A stretch of DNA of 64,000 nt. It comes from Squalus acanthias. Lineage: Eukaryota. Positions 1-13,300 of the stretch are shown one piece after another (positions within the stretch are counted from its first letter, which is position 1; each line of letters begins with the position of its first letter). The position numbers were made by a program, and so were the translations under genes. Below the pieces are notes generated by a model. The model did not search any database, was not told the origin of the DNA, and saw only the letters and a list, made by a program, of their open reading frames with translations. Where the stretch lies: NCBI GenBank assembly GCA_030390025.1, contig CM059433.1, forward strand, positions 14,758,001 to 14,822,000, given 5' to 3'.

Positions 1-61
1 GTTGTGCATAAATACTGGCGAGCGCCATTAGCTGCATCATTATTTTTTTTTATTTTTAAGA

Positions 62-150
62 GCAAATTATGGCCCAAGACCTTGATCGATATGGACTTCT
101 CTAGACAGGGTGCTACCCAGGTAGATGAACCGGCCCACAGCCTGACCTGT
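62..150 (-). mobile_element. Short RTE-clade LINE fragment
   Basis: Minus-strand translation RFIYLGSTLSREVHID resembles the RTE post-RT motif (FxYLGSTLS..ID). Confidence 0.45.
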
Positions 151-442
151 ACGATCACCGATAGTGATGATCAGTGGAGTGTAACCCAGTGTAATCAAGT
201 GTGCCTTAATAATTCTTTTTTGAAATTGCTTGTTTGTTGTGGCACATCTTGTTCTAGTACTGAACAAAATTACTGTGGCACTGGAGACATTGCACATTAG
301 CAATCCTTTTTTAGTCTGTTGGTCTATTGTCCATTACATTACCTATTTATTTGCAGTCACTATCTTAGACTGTGTCAAAGGTAACTACACGGATATGAAT
401 ATTGATTTGAAAGGACAAGTGATTATTTATTTTACCTGTAAT

Positions 443-1142
443 GGCCCGTATTTTCCGATCCCTACGGGCGTGTACGAGCGTGCCGGTTTCAGGCATGCGA
501 AGCGCATGTGCTGAAAACCGGCACTTCCGATCTGTCAAGAATGCTCTCGACAGATCCTCCGCCTGCCCTGGAGAAGGGCCTCTGCGGGTGGAGAGTTCCG
601 CTTTCTGCAGAACCTCCGCCCGCTGAAAACCTTTAAAAATCTTACGCCTGGTAAAAGCCTGCTTTTACCAGCATAAGAGTTTAAAAAAGTAAAAAAATAT
701 TTTCCCCCCCCCCCTCATTTATAATTAAAAATACTGTTAAAAAAGCTAAGTTTATTTTTAGCCCCGTAAAAAACTTGAATTATTTTTTTCAAAAAATTAA
801 ATTTTAACTAATTTTAAATACGTGATTTAAAAAAACATTATTTAAAGTTTTAGTGTGTTTTGAATGATCTCCATTCATACTTTTGACGGGTCTAAGCTGA
901 GAGTCCTGTCAAAAGTGTGAAGGGGGATTCCCTTCTTCCATTGGTTCTCCATGGCCCACGTGATCCCAGGGACGCTTGCAAACTGCCTGCGCCCCTGGGA
1001 TACCTGGGCCTCTGCACGCACACCAGGAGAGGCCCAGGAGTGGAAGTGTCGGGACCTACGGAGCCAGCAGGTAAGTGTGTAGATTTTTTTCCAGATTGGA
1101 GGCATCCTCATGCAGGAAGTCTCCGATTGGAAAATCTGGGCC
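443..1142. mobile_element. Non-autonomous TIR element (PIF/Harbinger-type MITE, family M1)
   Basis: Imperfect TIRs GGCCCGTATTTTCCGATC / GATTGGAAAATCTGGGCC; 3-bp TSD AAT (440-442, 1143-1145); GC-rich arms and AT-rich core; related to 12716-13459, 35750-36464 and 41835-42965. Confidence 0.8.
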
Positions 1143-2604
1143 AATATTTTTCTACTTATTGAAGCAAATTTATGTTTCTCATTTATGGCCACTGCCATCT
1201 TTTTGCTTTTTGTGGCAGTTTTTCAATCCCAATTCATAAGTAGAATGGATCCTCAAACAAGTTGCCTCTTCATCCACCCGAGTGTAATGATGAGAATTTC
1301 TTAAATGTTCTTCCAAATTTGGTGCTCCTTTACCTGTACCATTCATAGTTACGTAACAGGTATCTTAATTTGTGATAACTGTAAGAGGAATTATTTGCTC
1401 CATGTTAATGTTCCACCTGCACCATTCCCAGTGCCTGTATTCAGAGTAATGCACTAATATAACGAAATACAGAAAAGACTCAATGCATATTGCAATTAGC
1501 ACCAATGTGGACAAAATTCATCAGTGTTAGAAAAAGATAACTCTGCATGCATCAATATTACAGTACACTTAATTTAACTGACACATTCTGATAAATATTT
1601 TTGAAACATGACTGAAATCATATTGACTTTCGTCTGCTGGCATAGATTAAGGCCTGGTCTGAGTGGGATTTAGAACGCTGATACAATATACCACAACTAT
1701 TTATAACATAATGCATGACTTGCATTGATTTGATACATGTGCACTCGTTTTAATACCAGCCAAAGTAGCTTTGACAAGTAAATGGCCATTTTCTGAATGA
1801 CTGCAAGCCCATGTATAAATAAACAGGAGTTAGCATACAACAGGACTACAAGCTCAAAAATTCTGTGGATATACAAGACTGTGCTTGTTAATTTTACTTT
1901 GTGCCTGATATATAACCGAGAGTTCCAGAAAGTCGAGTTGGGAACGTTTTCCTGTTGCTAATCTGTTGCTGCTAATGGTTTAATGTAAGCGTGTAGCTGT
2001 TAAAAAGTGACAGGCTACTGTCTTAAGACTACTCAGAGAATGTCACCTTATGACATGGAACACTGTTCCAAATACCAAGATTCGCCTTTATAAAACAATT
2101 CCGCCAACAGTAAGCATCAAATCTGCAGATATCAGCAGAGGTGAAGGGTCACTGGGGGAAAATGGATGACTTAACAAGTTATGGCTGTTCTGTTTGATCT
2201 GAACCAGCATTTGCTCCGGATGTCAGGGACTTGTACTCATTCCAATCACAAGAAGCTTGCCAGGCTATCCCCAAGGGCATTGGATTCTGGCAGAATGTAA
2301 TAGGGAATTAAAACAGGCTTACTTTAGCGTTACTATGAAGTCAGTGAACCAAGCTACTCCTCTCCTGGAGAAATACCAAATGCAACAAGTTAGTTTTGAT
2401 GTACTGTGCACTCACAAGAGAAAAGGAGCAAACAAATGAAAAAGCTGTGTTGGTCATCAGAAATATGTATTATGTTTGACTTTTAGACGAAACAGAGATG
2501 GAACTCTGGGTTGTGTTCCAAGATGGAAAAAGTACAATTCAGTGGAACTAATTCAGCAAAGCAAGCCATTCCACCCCCACACAGTATGCCTACAGCTCTA
2601 AATA

Positions 2605-2727
2605 CAGATTTGTGTCAGGTAACGGTATCAAGGGATATGGAGCAAAAGCAGGAAAATGGAACTGAAGTGTAAATCAGCATTGATCTAATTGAATAGGCTG
2701 AAGGGGCTGAATAGCCTACTCCTGTGC
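2605..2727 (+). mobile_element. CR1 LINE 3' tail fragment
   Basis: GGTATCAAGGGATATGG...GGGCTGAATAGCCTACTCCTG matches the 3' ends of other CR1 copies in the window. Confidence 0.7.
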
Positions 2728-3255
2728 CTAATGTTACTAAGCTACTACTGTATCCCAAGAACCAGATTTATCAGCCCCCCGCCCCCCATAAACTTTTACA
2801 ATAATCTACAGTTCTTGTACTTTATTTCATGCTGCACTTATACTGCAAGGATCGGCTTCTCACCTGTAACGGATTTGAAAGCAGTGCAATAGCACAGCAC
2901 TAAGTTTAAGTGTCCTCCTCTCACACCTCTCCACGTTGGACAAAGCAGAATTATTTTGCTGCATACTTAAACATCTACCAGGCTCCACTCACACACATCC
3001 CAGTGCTGGTAAAATATTTTACTGACAAGACGGAACGACTGCAAAAAAGTCAGCTCTCTCCCAACGTTAGAAACTTAAAACTGGTCCAGTCAACTATCAG
3101 TGTGCGTTTTAATTTTCAAATTTATGTTTAAAAAGTTTGATGAAGCCAATGTGAAGAAGTGCTGTGGTCTCTCACTGCTGCTATTTGATCTGAACATGAA
3201 ATTATTTCACATAAATTGGAGAATAACATAAATTGGAGAATATTATAGATTCTAT

Positions 3256-3783
3256 CAGCCTGATTTTAACTCCAAGCCTGGTTCTGGGCGGGTCAGTAGT
3301 GGTGTGAATTAGAAACTCTCCCTCTGCTCCAGAAAGGAGGCCCAGGCTATTTTAACTCCTGGGTCTCATTTAAATCCTGCCGGCCGACTTCACGCTCGGG
3401 AGGACCAGAGGCTGCCCGCCGAGACCAGGTATGTCAGGATTGGCTTCTGGGGCCATCAAACGGGGATCGCGTGATCGGAAAGGGGGGCCTGCCCATGGCA
3501 GGGGAAGCCTATGCTTTTCTCGGGCGGCCTGGGGAAGTACTTTGGCTCTGCCTTTTCCCCCCCACACAAGAACATTTTAAAAACGGGCCTCTTCTGTCCC
3601 CAATCAGCTTCCCCACTCAGCTGGCCTGGCAGGAAAGTCCCTGCTGCTTCCCGCTGAAACCACTGATTTAAGATTGCAGTCAGATTCCCCTGACATTACT
3701 GGGAACCGACATGCATGTGTAAAAAGAGGGCCCAGGACGCTTTGGGCAGGTGTCTTTCAGTTGAGCAGCTTAAAAATCAGGAA
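3256..3783. mobile_element. Old MITE-like element
   Basis: Inverted ends CCTGATTTTAA / TTAAAAATCAGG around a GC-rich block in AT-rich flanks; TSD not resolved. Confidence 0.45.
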
Positions 3784-3929
3784 CTGTCATTTCCCGGCAT
3801 CTCCATGGTGGCTCAGTATCCTGGGTGGTTTGAAATGCTTTTAACATTGTCCCCTATATGTTTGCAACATGAAAACTGCATTAAGTTACTGCAAGACCTG
3901 CAGTATAGTTGGGACATGAGGATGCACCG

Positions 3930-4640
3930 CATTCCCTCCCTACCTTTGTAACCGCCTCCAGCCCTACAATCCACCAAAAATCACTGCACTCCTCCAATTC
4001 TGGTTCCTTGCGCATCCCCAATTTATCACTCCACCATTGTTGCACAAAAATCTAGGCTGTCACTCCAGTGCAGCACTCCCTCAATACTGCCCTGTCGGAG
4101 GTGCCATCTTTCGAATGAGACGTTGAACCAAGTCTGCTCACTCGGGTGGACATAAATAGTCCGATGGCACTATTTCGAAGAAGAGCAGGGGAGTTATCCT
4201 AGGTATCCTGGAAAATATTTATCCCTCAATCAACATCACCAAAAATCAGATTATCTGGTCATTATCACATTGCTGTTTGAGGGAGCTTGCTGTGTGCAAA
4301 TTGGCTGCTGTGTTTCCTACATTACAACAGTGACTACACTTCAAAAGTACCTCATTGGCTGTAAAGTGCTTTGGGACATCCGGAGGTCATGAAAAGTGCT
4401 ATATAAATGCAAGTCTTTCTTTTTGGTCCGTATCTTCAGCTGGCTTGGCCCTAAACTCTGGAATTTCCACCCTAAACCTCTCCGCTTCTCTACCTCTCTC
4501 TCTCCTCCTTTAAGACGCTGCTGAAAGCCTACCTCTTTGACCAAGCTTTTTGGACACTTGTCCTAATATCTCATGTGGCTCGGTGAAGCGCTTTGGGATG
4601 TTTTGCCATGTTAAAGGCGCTATATAAATGCAAGTTCTTG
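3930..4640 (+). mobile_element. L2 LINE 3' end interrupted by a SINE
   Basis: L2-type 3' sequence (CTCCAGCCCTACAA...; CCTAAACCTCTCCGC...TTAAAGGCGCTATATAAATGCAAG), also present at 39255-39527 and 40790-41195. Confidence 0.7.
4040..4421 (+). mobile_element. tRNA-derived Deu-domain SINE (SacSINE1/AmnSINE1-like), 5'-truncated
   Basis: Body GATTATCTGGTCATTATCACATTGCTGTTTG...CATTACAACAGTGACTACACTTCAAAAGTAC plus L2-type tail; repeated many times in the window. Family name is from recall. Confidence 0.7.
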
Positions 4641-4760
4641 TTTTGTGTCATTGCTAAAATTGACCATTTACTCAATCTAAAAGTGTTTCGCTTTAGAGAA
4701 TATATAAAAAACAGTTTATCATCTCTGTTATATAGACACTTCAGAATAACAGCCTTTAAG

Positions 4761-7583
4761 TTTTTTTTTAAATTCGCTTATGAGATCTGGGCATCACTGG
4801 CAAGACCAGCATTTATTGCCCATCCCTAGTTGCCCTTGAGAAGGTGGTGATGAGCCGCCTTCTTGAACTGCTGCAGTCCATGTGGTGAAGGTACTCCCAC
4901 AGTGCTGTTAGGTAGGGAGTTCCAGGATTTTGACACAGCGACGATGAAGGATCGGCGATATACTTCTAAGTCAGGATGGTGTGTGACTTGGAGGGGAACT
5001 TGGAGGTGGTGGTGTTCCCATGTGCCTACTGCCCTTGTCCTTCTAGGTGGAAGAGGTCGCGGGTTTGGGAAATGCTGCCGAAGAACCCTTGGCAAGTTGT
5101 TGCAGTGCATCTTGTAGATGGTTCACACTGCAGCCACGGTACGCCGGTGGTGGAGGGAGGGAATGTTTAAGGTGGTGGATGGGGTGCCAATCAAACAGGC
5201 TGCTTTGTCCTGGATGGTGTCGAGCTTCTTGAGTGTTGTTGGAGCTGCACTCATCTAGGCAAATGGAGAGTATTCCATCACACTCCTTACTTGTGCCTTG
5301 TAGATGGTGGAAAGGCTTTGGGGAGTCAGGAGGTGAAACACTCGCCACAGAATACCTAGCCTCTGACCTGCTCTTGTTGCCACAGTATTTATATGGCTGG
5401 TCCAGTTAAATTTCTTGTCAATGGGGACCCCCAGGATGTTGATGGTGGGAGATTCAGCGATGGCAATGCCGTTGAATGTCAAGAGGAGGTGGTTAGACTC
5501 TTGCTTGTTGGAGATAGTCATTGCCTGGCACTTCTATGCACGAATGTTACCTGCCACTTATCAGCCCAAGCTTGAACGTCGTCCAGGTCTTGTTGCATGC
5601 GGGCATGGACTGCTTCATTATCTGAGGAGTTGTGAATGGCGCTGAACACTGTAGTCATCAGCGAACATCCCCATTTCTGACCTTATGTTGGAGGGAAGGT
5701 CATTGATGAAGCAGCTGTAGATGGTTGGGCCTAGGACACTGCCCTGAGGAACTCCTGCAGCGATGTCCTGGGGCTGTGATGATTGACCTTCAACCACCAC
5801 AACCATCTTCCTTTGTGCTAGGTATGACTCCAGCCAGTGGAGCGTTTTCCCCAATTCCCATTGACTTCAGTTTTACTAGGGCTCCTTGATGCCACACTCG
5901 GTCAAATGCTGCCTTAATGTCAAGGACAGTCACTCTCACCTCACCAATTCAGCTCCTTTGTCCATGTTTGGACCAAGGCTTTAATGAGGGCAGGAGCCGA
6001 GTGGTCCTGGCGGAACCCAAACTGAGCATCAGTGAGCAGGTTATTGGTGAGTAAGTGCTGCTTGATAGCACTATCGATGACACCTTCCATCACTTTGCTG
6101 ATGATTGAGTAGACTGATGGGGTGGTAATTGGCCAGGTTGGATTTGTCCTGCTTTGTGTGGACAGGACATACCTGGGCAGTTTTGCACATTGTCGGATAG
6201 ATGCCAGTGTTGTAGCTGTACTGGAACAGCTTGGCTAGAGGCGCGGCTAGTTCTGGAGCACAAGTCTTCAGCACGATAGCCGGTATGTTGTCAGGGTCCA
6301 TAGCCTTTGCTGTATCCAGTGCGCTCAGCCATTTCTTGATATCACGTGGAGTGAATCGAATTGGCTGAAGACTGGCTTCTGTGATGGTGGGGACGTTGGG
6401 AGCAGGCTGATATGGATCATCCACTCGGCACTTCTGGCTGAAGATGTTTGCAAATGCTTCGGCCTTGTCTTTTGCACTCACGTGCTGGGCTCCACCATCA
6501 TTGAGGATGGGGATATTCATGGAGCCTCCTCCTCCCGTTAGTTGTTTCATGGTCCACCACCATTCACGACTGGATGTGGCAGGACTGCAGAGCTTTGATC
6601 TGATCCGTTGTGTGATCGCTTAGCCCGGTCTATAGCATGCTGCTTCTGCTGTTTAGCATGCATGTAGTCCTGTGTTGCAGCTTCCCCAGGATGGCACCTC
6701 ATTTTTAGGTACGCTTGGTGCTGCTCCTGGCATGCTCTTCTACACTCCTCATTGTACCAGGGTTGGTCCCCTGGCTTGATGGTTATGGTAGAGTGAGGGA
6801 TATGCCGGGCCATGAGGTTACAGATTGTGGTGGAATACAATTCTGCTGCTGCTGATAGCTCACAGCGCCTCATGGTTGCCCAGTTTTGAGCTGCTAGATC
6901 TGTTCTGAATCTATCTCATTTAGCACGGTGGTAGTGCTACACAACACGAAGGAAGGTGTCCTCAGTGTGAAGACGGGACTTCATCTCCGCAATGACTGTC
7001 ACTGCTACCAATGCTGTCATGGACAGATGCATCTGTGATAGGTAGATTGGTGAGGACGAGGTCAAGTAGGTTTTTCCCTCGTGTTGGTTCTCTCACCACC
7101 TGTTGCAGGCCCAGACTGGCAGTTATGTCCTTCAGGACTCAGCCAGCTATGTCCTTGTGGAGCTACCGAGCCACTCTTGGTGATGGACAGTGAAGTCTCT
7201 CACGCAGAGTACATTCTGTGCCCTTGCTACTCTCAGTGCTTCTTCCAAGTGGTGTTCAACATGGAGGAGTACTTATTCATCAGCTGAGGGAGGGCGGTAG
7301 GTGGTAATCAGCAGGAGGTTTCCTTGCCCATGCTTGACCTGAAGCCATGAGACTTCATGGGGTCCAGAGTCAATGTTGAGGACTCCCAGGGCCTCTCCTT
7401 CCCGACTGTATACCACTGTGCCACCACCCCTGGTGGGTCTGTCCTGCCGGTGGGACAGGACATACCCAGGGATGGTGATGGAGGAGTTATAGGACATTGG
7501 CTGAAAGGTATGATTCTCTGAGTATGATTATGTCAGGCTGTTGCTTGACTAGTCTGTGGGACAGCTCTCCCAATTTTGGCACA
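4761..7583 (-). mobile_element. CR1-group LINE family B, 5'-truncated, decayed APE-RT ORF
   Basis: Minus-strand ORF pieces: LLLITTYRPPS (APE), GVPQGSVLGP and FADD (RT), WNSLP; A-tail at 4761-4769; colinear with 52860-56067. Confidence 0.9.
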
Positions 7584-7989
7584 GAAACCTTTCCTGTCCT
7601 GCGGTGTCTAGATAACTGAAGCTTTACTGTACCATGAAGCATTTCTTGCTTTTATTGCCAACAATAATTTCTAGGCTTAAAGAACTAAATATTGTCCATC
7701 CTGTGATCAAGTCTATTGAACAAACTATTATGATACTGATGTTTGTCCTAAACCAGAAATGTCATGAAGTCTACAAAGTACAAAATCAGTATGTTTTAAG
7801 TCAGTCAGAAAATAAACACAACCAGGAATCAAACCACTGAAAAATAATTGTTTGCAGTTTTCTATGCAAGCATTCCCAATAACTTAGAATGAGGTAGATA
7901 TGATTTTACCCTTGAGCATTTCCTTCAGAACTGAACAAAAGGGTTCTAATATCACCTGACTATGTCAGGTGAAGACTGAAGCCCTATGA

Positions 7990-8440
7990 AAAAGATAGGC
8001 TTGTACAAATATAGCACCTATCACGATCATATGACATCCTAAAACACTTTACAGCCAATTAAGTAGTTTTATTGAAGTGCTGCAATGTAGGAAATGCAGC
8101 AACCATTTCGTGCACAGCAAGGTCCCACAAACTGCAATGTGATAATGACCAGATAATCTATTTTAGTGATGTTGGTTGATTGGCCAGGACACTAGGGAGC
8201 AACTCCCCTGCTCTTCTACAAAAATAGTGCAATGGGATCTTTTATGTCCATCTGAGAGGGCAGATGAACCTCACTTTAACGTTTCATCTGAAAGACAGCA
8301 CCTCCGAAGGTGCAGCACTCCCTCAGTACTGGACTGGGGGTGTCAGCCTAGATTTTGTGCTGAAGTCTCTGGAGTGGGACTTGAACCCATGACCTTCTGA
8401 CTCAGAGGCAGGAGGGCTACCAACTGAGCCACAGCTGACA
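7990..8440 (-). mobile_element. Deu-domain tRNA-SINE, near full length
   Basis: Minus-strand head TGTCAGCTGTGGCTCAGTTGG (A box) and GGTTCAAGTCC (B box); body and tail as in the other copies. Confidence 0.8.
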
Positions 8441-9404
8441 TCCTATGGTTTGAGATGCTTGCTTGGGCTGAAAACAGTGGTTGGCAGTCTCACCTAGCCA
8501 GTCCCCATAGCTTGTTCTCCCCAATGTTCAAAGCCCCTCGTTTGGAGCCGGAAACTAAATGCCAGTGCACCCACAGTCTCTCAGCCTCAGACCCAGGGGG
8601 CCCTGACGAACGAAATCAGTCGTTGTGATTTGTCAGCTTTTGCAGTCATGCTCAAGACCCGAGGTGGGCCTCTCTCCTATTACTCTGTAACGATGTTAAT
8701 CCAAGAAATGAAGAATGCCCTTGCATGCCGAGAGAAAGGTTAATCCATTACCAAGGCAGTCAACCCATGAGCACTGGGAAGACGTGTCAATACACGTTCA
8801 GCTATGTTTGCAGCTACACCCTTAAAAGTAATATCAGATGGCTGAAGGCTTGCACGGCAAATTAATAACATTGCACGTGTTAAGGGAACAGAAATAAAAG
8901 CATAAAATAAGGGGTTGCATGGTAATTGGACATCTAAACAAACATTTTCTTCATCAGTATCTTGACAGGAGTTACCAACTAGTCTGGGAAATGGATTTTT
9001 ATTGTATACAATAAATAAAGAACTCTGACTGACCATCCAGTGGTTGCCATGTGCTGATTTGGAATGCAAGTTGTTGAGGTAACAACCTGATTGAAAACAA
9101 ACCGAGCCCCTGCTAAATCTCTGGAACAGTCTTCTCCACTAGTTAACAGAGATTGCCATGAGGTTGATCAGATCTACAACCTTCATCAATCCATAATGAA
9201 ACCGGTGACGTGATCTGTTGCCCTGAGGGAAATGGCCTCCTTTTGACCTTTTAAAATTCCAGTGCCTTCAGGGAAACAAACCCTTTTTAAACCAAAAATA
9301 CACATTTACCATAAGAGGAGATTATCTGAATGCCAACTAAAACTATACTTTTAATGACAGGAGACAAAGCGCTATATGTTACAGTGTTACATGAGACAAT
9401 GTAG

Positions 9405-9703
9405 GAGGCATAATTTCAGAATAAGGGGGCACCCTTTTAAATCAGAAATGAGGAGGAATTTCTTCTCTCAGAGGGTTGTGAATCTTTGGAATTCTCTACC
9501 CCAGAGAGCTGTGGAGGCTGGGTCATTGAATATATTTAAGGTGGAGATAGACAGATTTTTGAACGATAAGGGAGTAAAGGGTTATGGGGAGCGGGCAGGG
9601 AAGTGGAGTTGAGGTCAAGATCAGCTATGATTTTATTGAATGGCGGAGCAGGCTCAAGGGACCAAATGACCTACTCCTGCTCCTACGTCTTATGTTCTTA
9701 TGT
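9405..9703 (+). mobile_element. CR1 LINE 3' end
   Basis: Encodes RRNFFSQRVVNLWNSLPQ...GKWS*; TTATGTTC tail. Confidence 0.85.
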
Positions 9704-9952
9704 AGCCTCCAAAACTCGGAGCAAATGAGAGTTTCTGGCTAAGCTCTTACGCAGACATGAAGGAATTCTATTCTCCCAGCCCAACTCAATGCAAGAGCCT
9801 AGTAATTACTGTTGACGCTATTACTAAATGTACATAATGTTCCTTTTTGCGGAGGCAACAACCCATTTAAAATATGCAGATTAGTACTTGCTTTAAACAG
9901 TAAACAAAGGGATTTCACATCAAGCTCAGTGCGTTCATCCAATAATCTCATC

Positions 9953-10332
9953 AACATAGGAACAGGAGCAGGCCATGCAGCCCCTCGAGCCTGTTCAGCT
10001 ATTCAATTAGATCACGGCTGATCTGTGTTCTAACTCCATCCATCTGCCTTGGCTCCATAACCTTTTATACCCTTCTCCAGCAAAAAATCTATCGGTCACA
10101 TATTTAAAATTATTAATTGAGCTAGCATCTACTGCTTTTTGTGGGAGAGAGTTCCATACTCCTTTGATTGAAGAAGAAGTGTTTCCTAACTTCTCTCCTG
10201 AATGGCCGGGCTCTGATTTTAAGGTTATGTCCCCTTGTCCTAGACTCCCCCATCAGCAAAAAAAACCTGTCTTTATCTACCCTTATCAATTCTGTTCCAA
10301 TCCTAAAAACCTCAAATCAAATCACCTCTTAA
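9953..10332 (-). mobile_element. CR1 LINE 3' end (left half of a split copy)
   Basis: Reverse CR1 tail; resumes at 14409 after a TTAA duplication (10329-10332 / 14409-14412). Confidence 0.75.
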
Positions 10333-13300
10333 TATAGGGAGTTAGGAGGTAAATTAAAAAATAGGACCTCAAAAGGTAGTAATCTCAGGACTGCTACCAG
10401 TGCCACGTACTAGTCAGAGTAGAAATAGAAGGATATTTCAGATGAATACGTGGCTAGAAGAATGGTGCAAGGGGGAGGGATTCAAATTCCTGGGACATTG
10501 GAACCGGTTCTGGGGAGGTGGGACCAGTACAAACTGGATGGTTTGCACCTGAGCAGGGCCGGGACCGATGTCCTCGGGGGAGTGTTTGCTCATGCTGTTG
10601 GGGAGGGTTTAAACTAAAATGGCAGGGGGTTGGGAACCTGTGCAGGAGACAGAGGAAAGGGAAGCAAGGATAGAAGAAAAAGACAGGAAGGAGAAAAGCA
10701 AAAGTGGAAGTCAGAGAATTCAAGGGTATAAATCAAACATGGCCACAGTAAACAATAATTCTAAATGGTCTAAGAGTGTTAAAAAAAACAAGCCTGAAGG
10801 CTTTGTGTCTTAATGCGAGGAGCATTCATAATAAGGTGGATGAATTAGCTGCACAAATAGATGTAAATGGATATGATATAATTGGGATTACGGAGACATG
10901 GCTCCAGGGTGACCAAGGCTGGGAATTCAACATCCAGGGGTATTCAATATTCAGGAAGGACAGGCAAAAAGGAAAAGGAGGTGGGGTAGCATTGCTGGTT
11001 AAGGAGGAGATTAACACAATAGTAAGGAAGGATATTAGCTCTGATGATATGGAATCTGTATGGGTAGTGCTGAGAAATACCAAGGGGCAGAAAACGTTAC
11101 TGGGAGTTGTATACAGACCCCCAAACAGTAATGCTGAGGTTGGGGATGGCATTAAATGGGAAATTAGAGATGCGTGCAATAAGGGCACAGCAGTTATCAT
11201 GGGTGACTTTAATCTACATATAGATTGGGCTAACCAAATTAGTAACAATACTGTGGAGGAGGAATTCCTAGAGTGTATACGGGATGGTTTCCTGGAGCAA
11301 TATGTCGAGGAACCAACTAGAGATCAGGCCATCTTAGACTGGGTATTATGTAATGAGAAAGGATTAATTAGCAATCTTGGTGTGCGGGGCCCCTTGGGGA
11401 GGAGTGATCATAATATGATAGAATTCATTATTAAGATGGAGAGTGAAGTAGGTGACTCAGAGACTAGGGTCCTGAATTTAAATAAAGGAAACTACGATGG
11501 TATGAGGTGCGAGTTGGCTAGGATGGATTGGGGAATGTTACTTAAAGGGTTGATGGTGGACAGGCGATGGCAAACATTTAAAGATTGCATGGATGAACTA
11601 CAGAATTTGTTCATCCCTGTTTGGCATAAAAATAAAACAAAAAAGGTGACTCAACCATGGCTAGCAAGGGAAATTAGGGATAGCATAAGATCCAAGGAGA
11701 GGTCATATAAATTGGCCAGAAAAAGCAGCAAACCTGAGGATTGGGAGCAGTTTAGGATTCAGCAAAGGAGGACAAAGGGATTAATTAAGAGGGGGAAAAA
11801 TAGAGTATGAGAGTAAGCTTTCAGGGAACATAAAAACTGACTGTAAAAGCTTCTATAGATATCTGAAGAGAAAAAGATTGGTGAAGTCAAGCGTAGGTCC
11901 CTTGCAGTCAGAATCAGGGGAATTTATAATGGGGAACAAAGAACTGACAGACCAATTAAATATATACTTTGGTTCTGTCTTCACAAAGGAGGACACAAAT
12001 AACCTCCCAGAGATGTCAGGGAACATAGGGTCTAATGAGAGGGAGGAACTGAATGAAATCAGTACTTGTAGGGAAATGGTGTTAGGGAAATTGATGGGAT
12101 TGAAGGCCGATAAATCCCCAGGGCCTGATAATCTACATCCTAGGTACTGAAGGAAGTGGCCCTAGAAATAGTAGATGCATTGCTGGTCATGTTCCAAAAT
12201 TCTATCGACTCTGGAACAGGTCCCATGGATTGGAGGGTAGCTAATGTAACCCCACTATTTAAAAAAGGTGGTAGAGAGAAAACGGGGAATTATAGACCGG
12301 TAAGCCTGACATCAGTAGTGGGGAAAATGCTAGAGTCCATTATAAAAGATGTAATAGCAGAGCACTTGGAAAACAGTGACAGGATCGGACAAAGTCAACA
12401 TGGATTTACAAAAGGTAAATCATGCTTGACTAATCTACTGGAATTTTTTGAGGATGTAACTGGTAGAATAGATAAGGGAGAACCAGTGGATGTGGTGTAT
12501 TTGGACTTTCAGAAGGCTTTCGATAAGGTCCCGCATAAGAGATGAGTGTGCAAAGTTAAAGCACATGGTATTGGGGGTAAGGTACTGACTTGGATAGAAA
12601 ACTGGTTGGCAGACAGGAAGCAAAGAGTTGGAATAAACGGTTTTTTTTCCGAGTGGCAGGCAGTGACTAGTGGGGTACCGCAGGGATCGGTGCTAGGACC
12701 CCAGTTATTCACAATGGCCCAGAAATTGATCTCGCTCTGTTCCCGCGGGGGTAAGCCTTTCCCGCGATGTCTCACCTCGCTTATGCTTTTTCTGATCCAG
12801 CTCGCACGAAATTGATGTTCCAGACATCAGCTGTGCTGGGCTTGCGTATCCCAGCGGCGTAGTTAATTCGTGCGAGCTGTGGGATCACGTGACTCAGTTA
12901 GAGCCAATGGCAGCACACCATCTTCCATTCATAAGTCTCACAGCATGGCTGAGAGACTTATGAATCTTACACCCCCCCAAAATAACAGCTAAACCTCAAT
13001 TAAATTTAAAAAAAAAACCATCACATTAATAAAATAAGTATAGTTAATTAAATTAACCATTTTAAATAAAAAATTTAATTTTTGAAAAAATTTAAAATCT
13101 TTTAAAAAGTTATAAAAATAAACTTACCTGTCTTTAAAGTCTATAAAAAAGATATACCTGTAAAAAAAAATTCAAAAAAATACTTAATTCACTACTTACC
13201 TTCTTAAAAGCGGGTCTTACTCCTCCTTTTTACATTTCCAAAATCTTCAGTACTTACCTGCGCGTCCAAAGCATGAAGTGCACAGCGTGCGCGCAGCCTG

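Noticed and set aside
1334..1378. 45-bp exon-like segment on the minus strand (YHKLRYLLRNYEWY)
   Set aside because: Acceptor is plausible but the donor is weak and the peptide is unrecognised; insufficient support.
3209..3242. 17-bp tandem duplication ACATAAATTGGAGAATA
   Set aside because: Two copies only; ordinary slippage or repair duplication, not an array.
8603..8625. CTGACGA...GAAA as a second hammerhead
   Set aside because: No stem II or flanking stems can form.
8740..9069. 109-aa ORF in unique sequence
   Set aside because: No recognisable motif, non-ATG start and no supporting splice structure.
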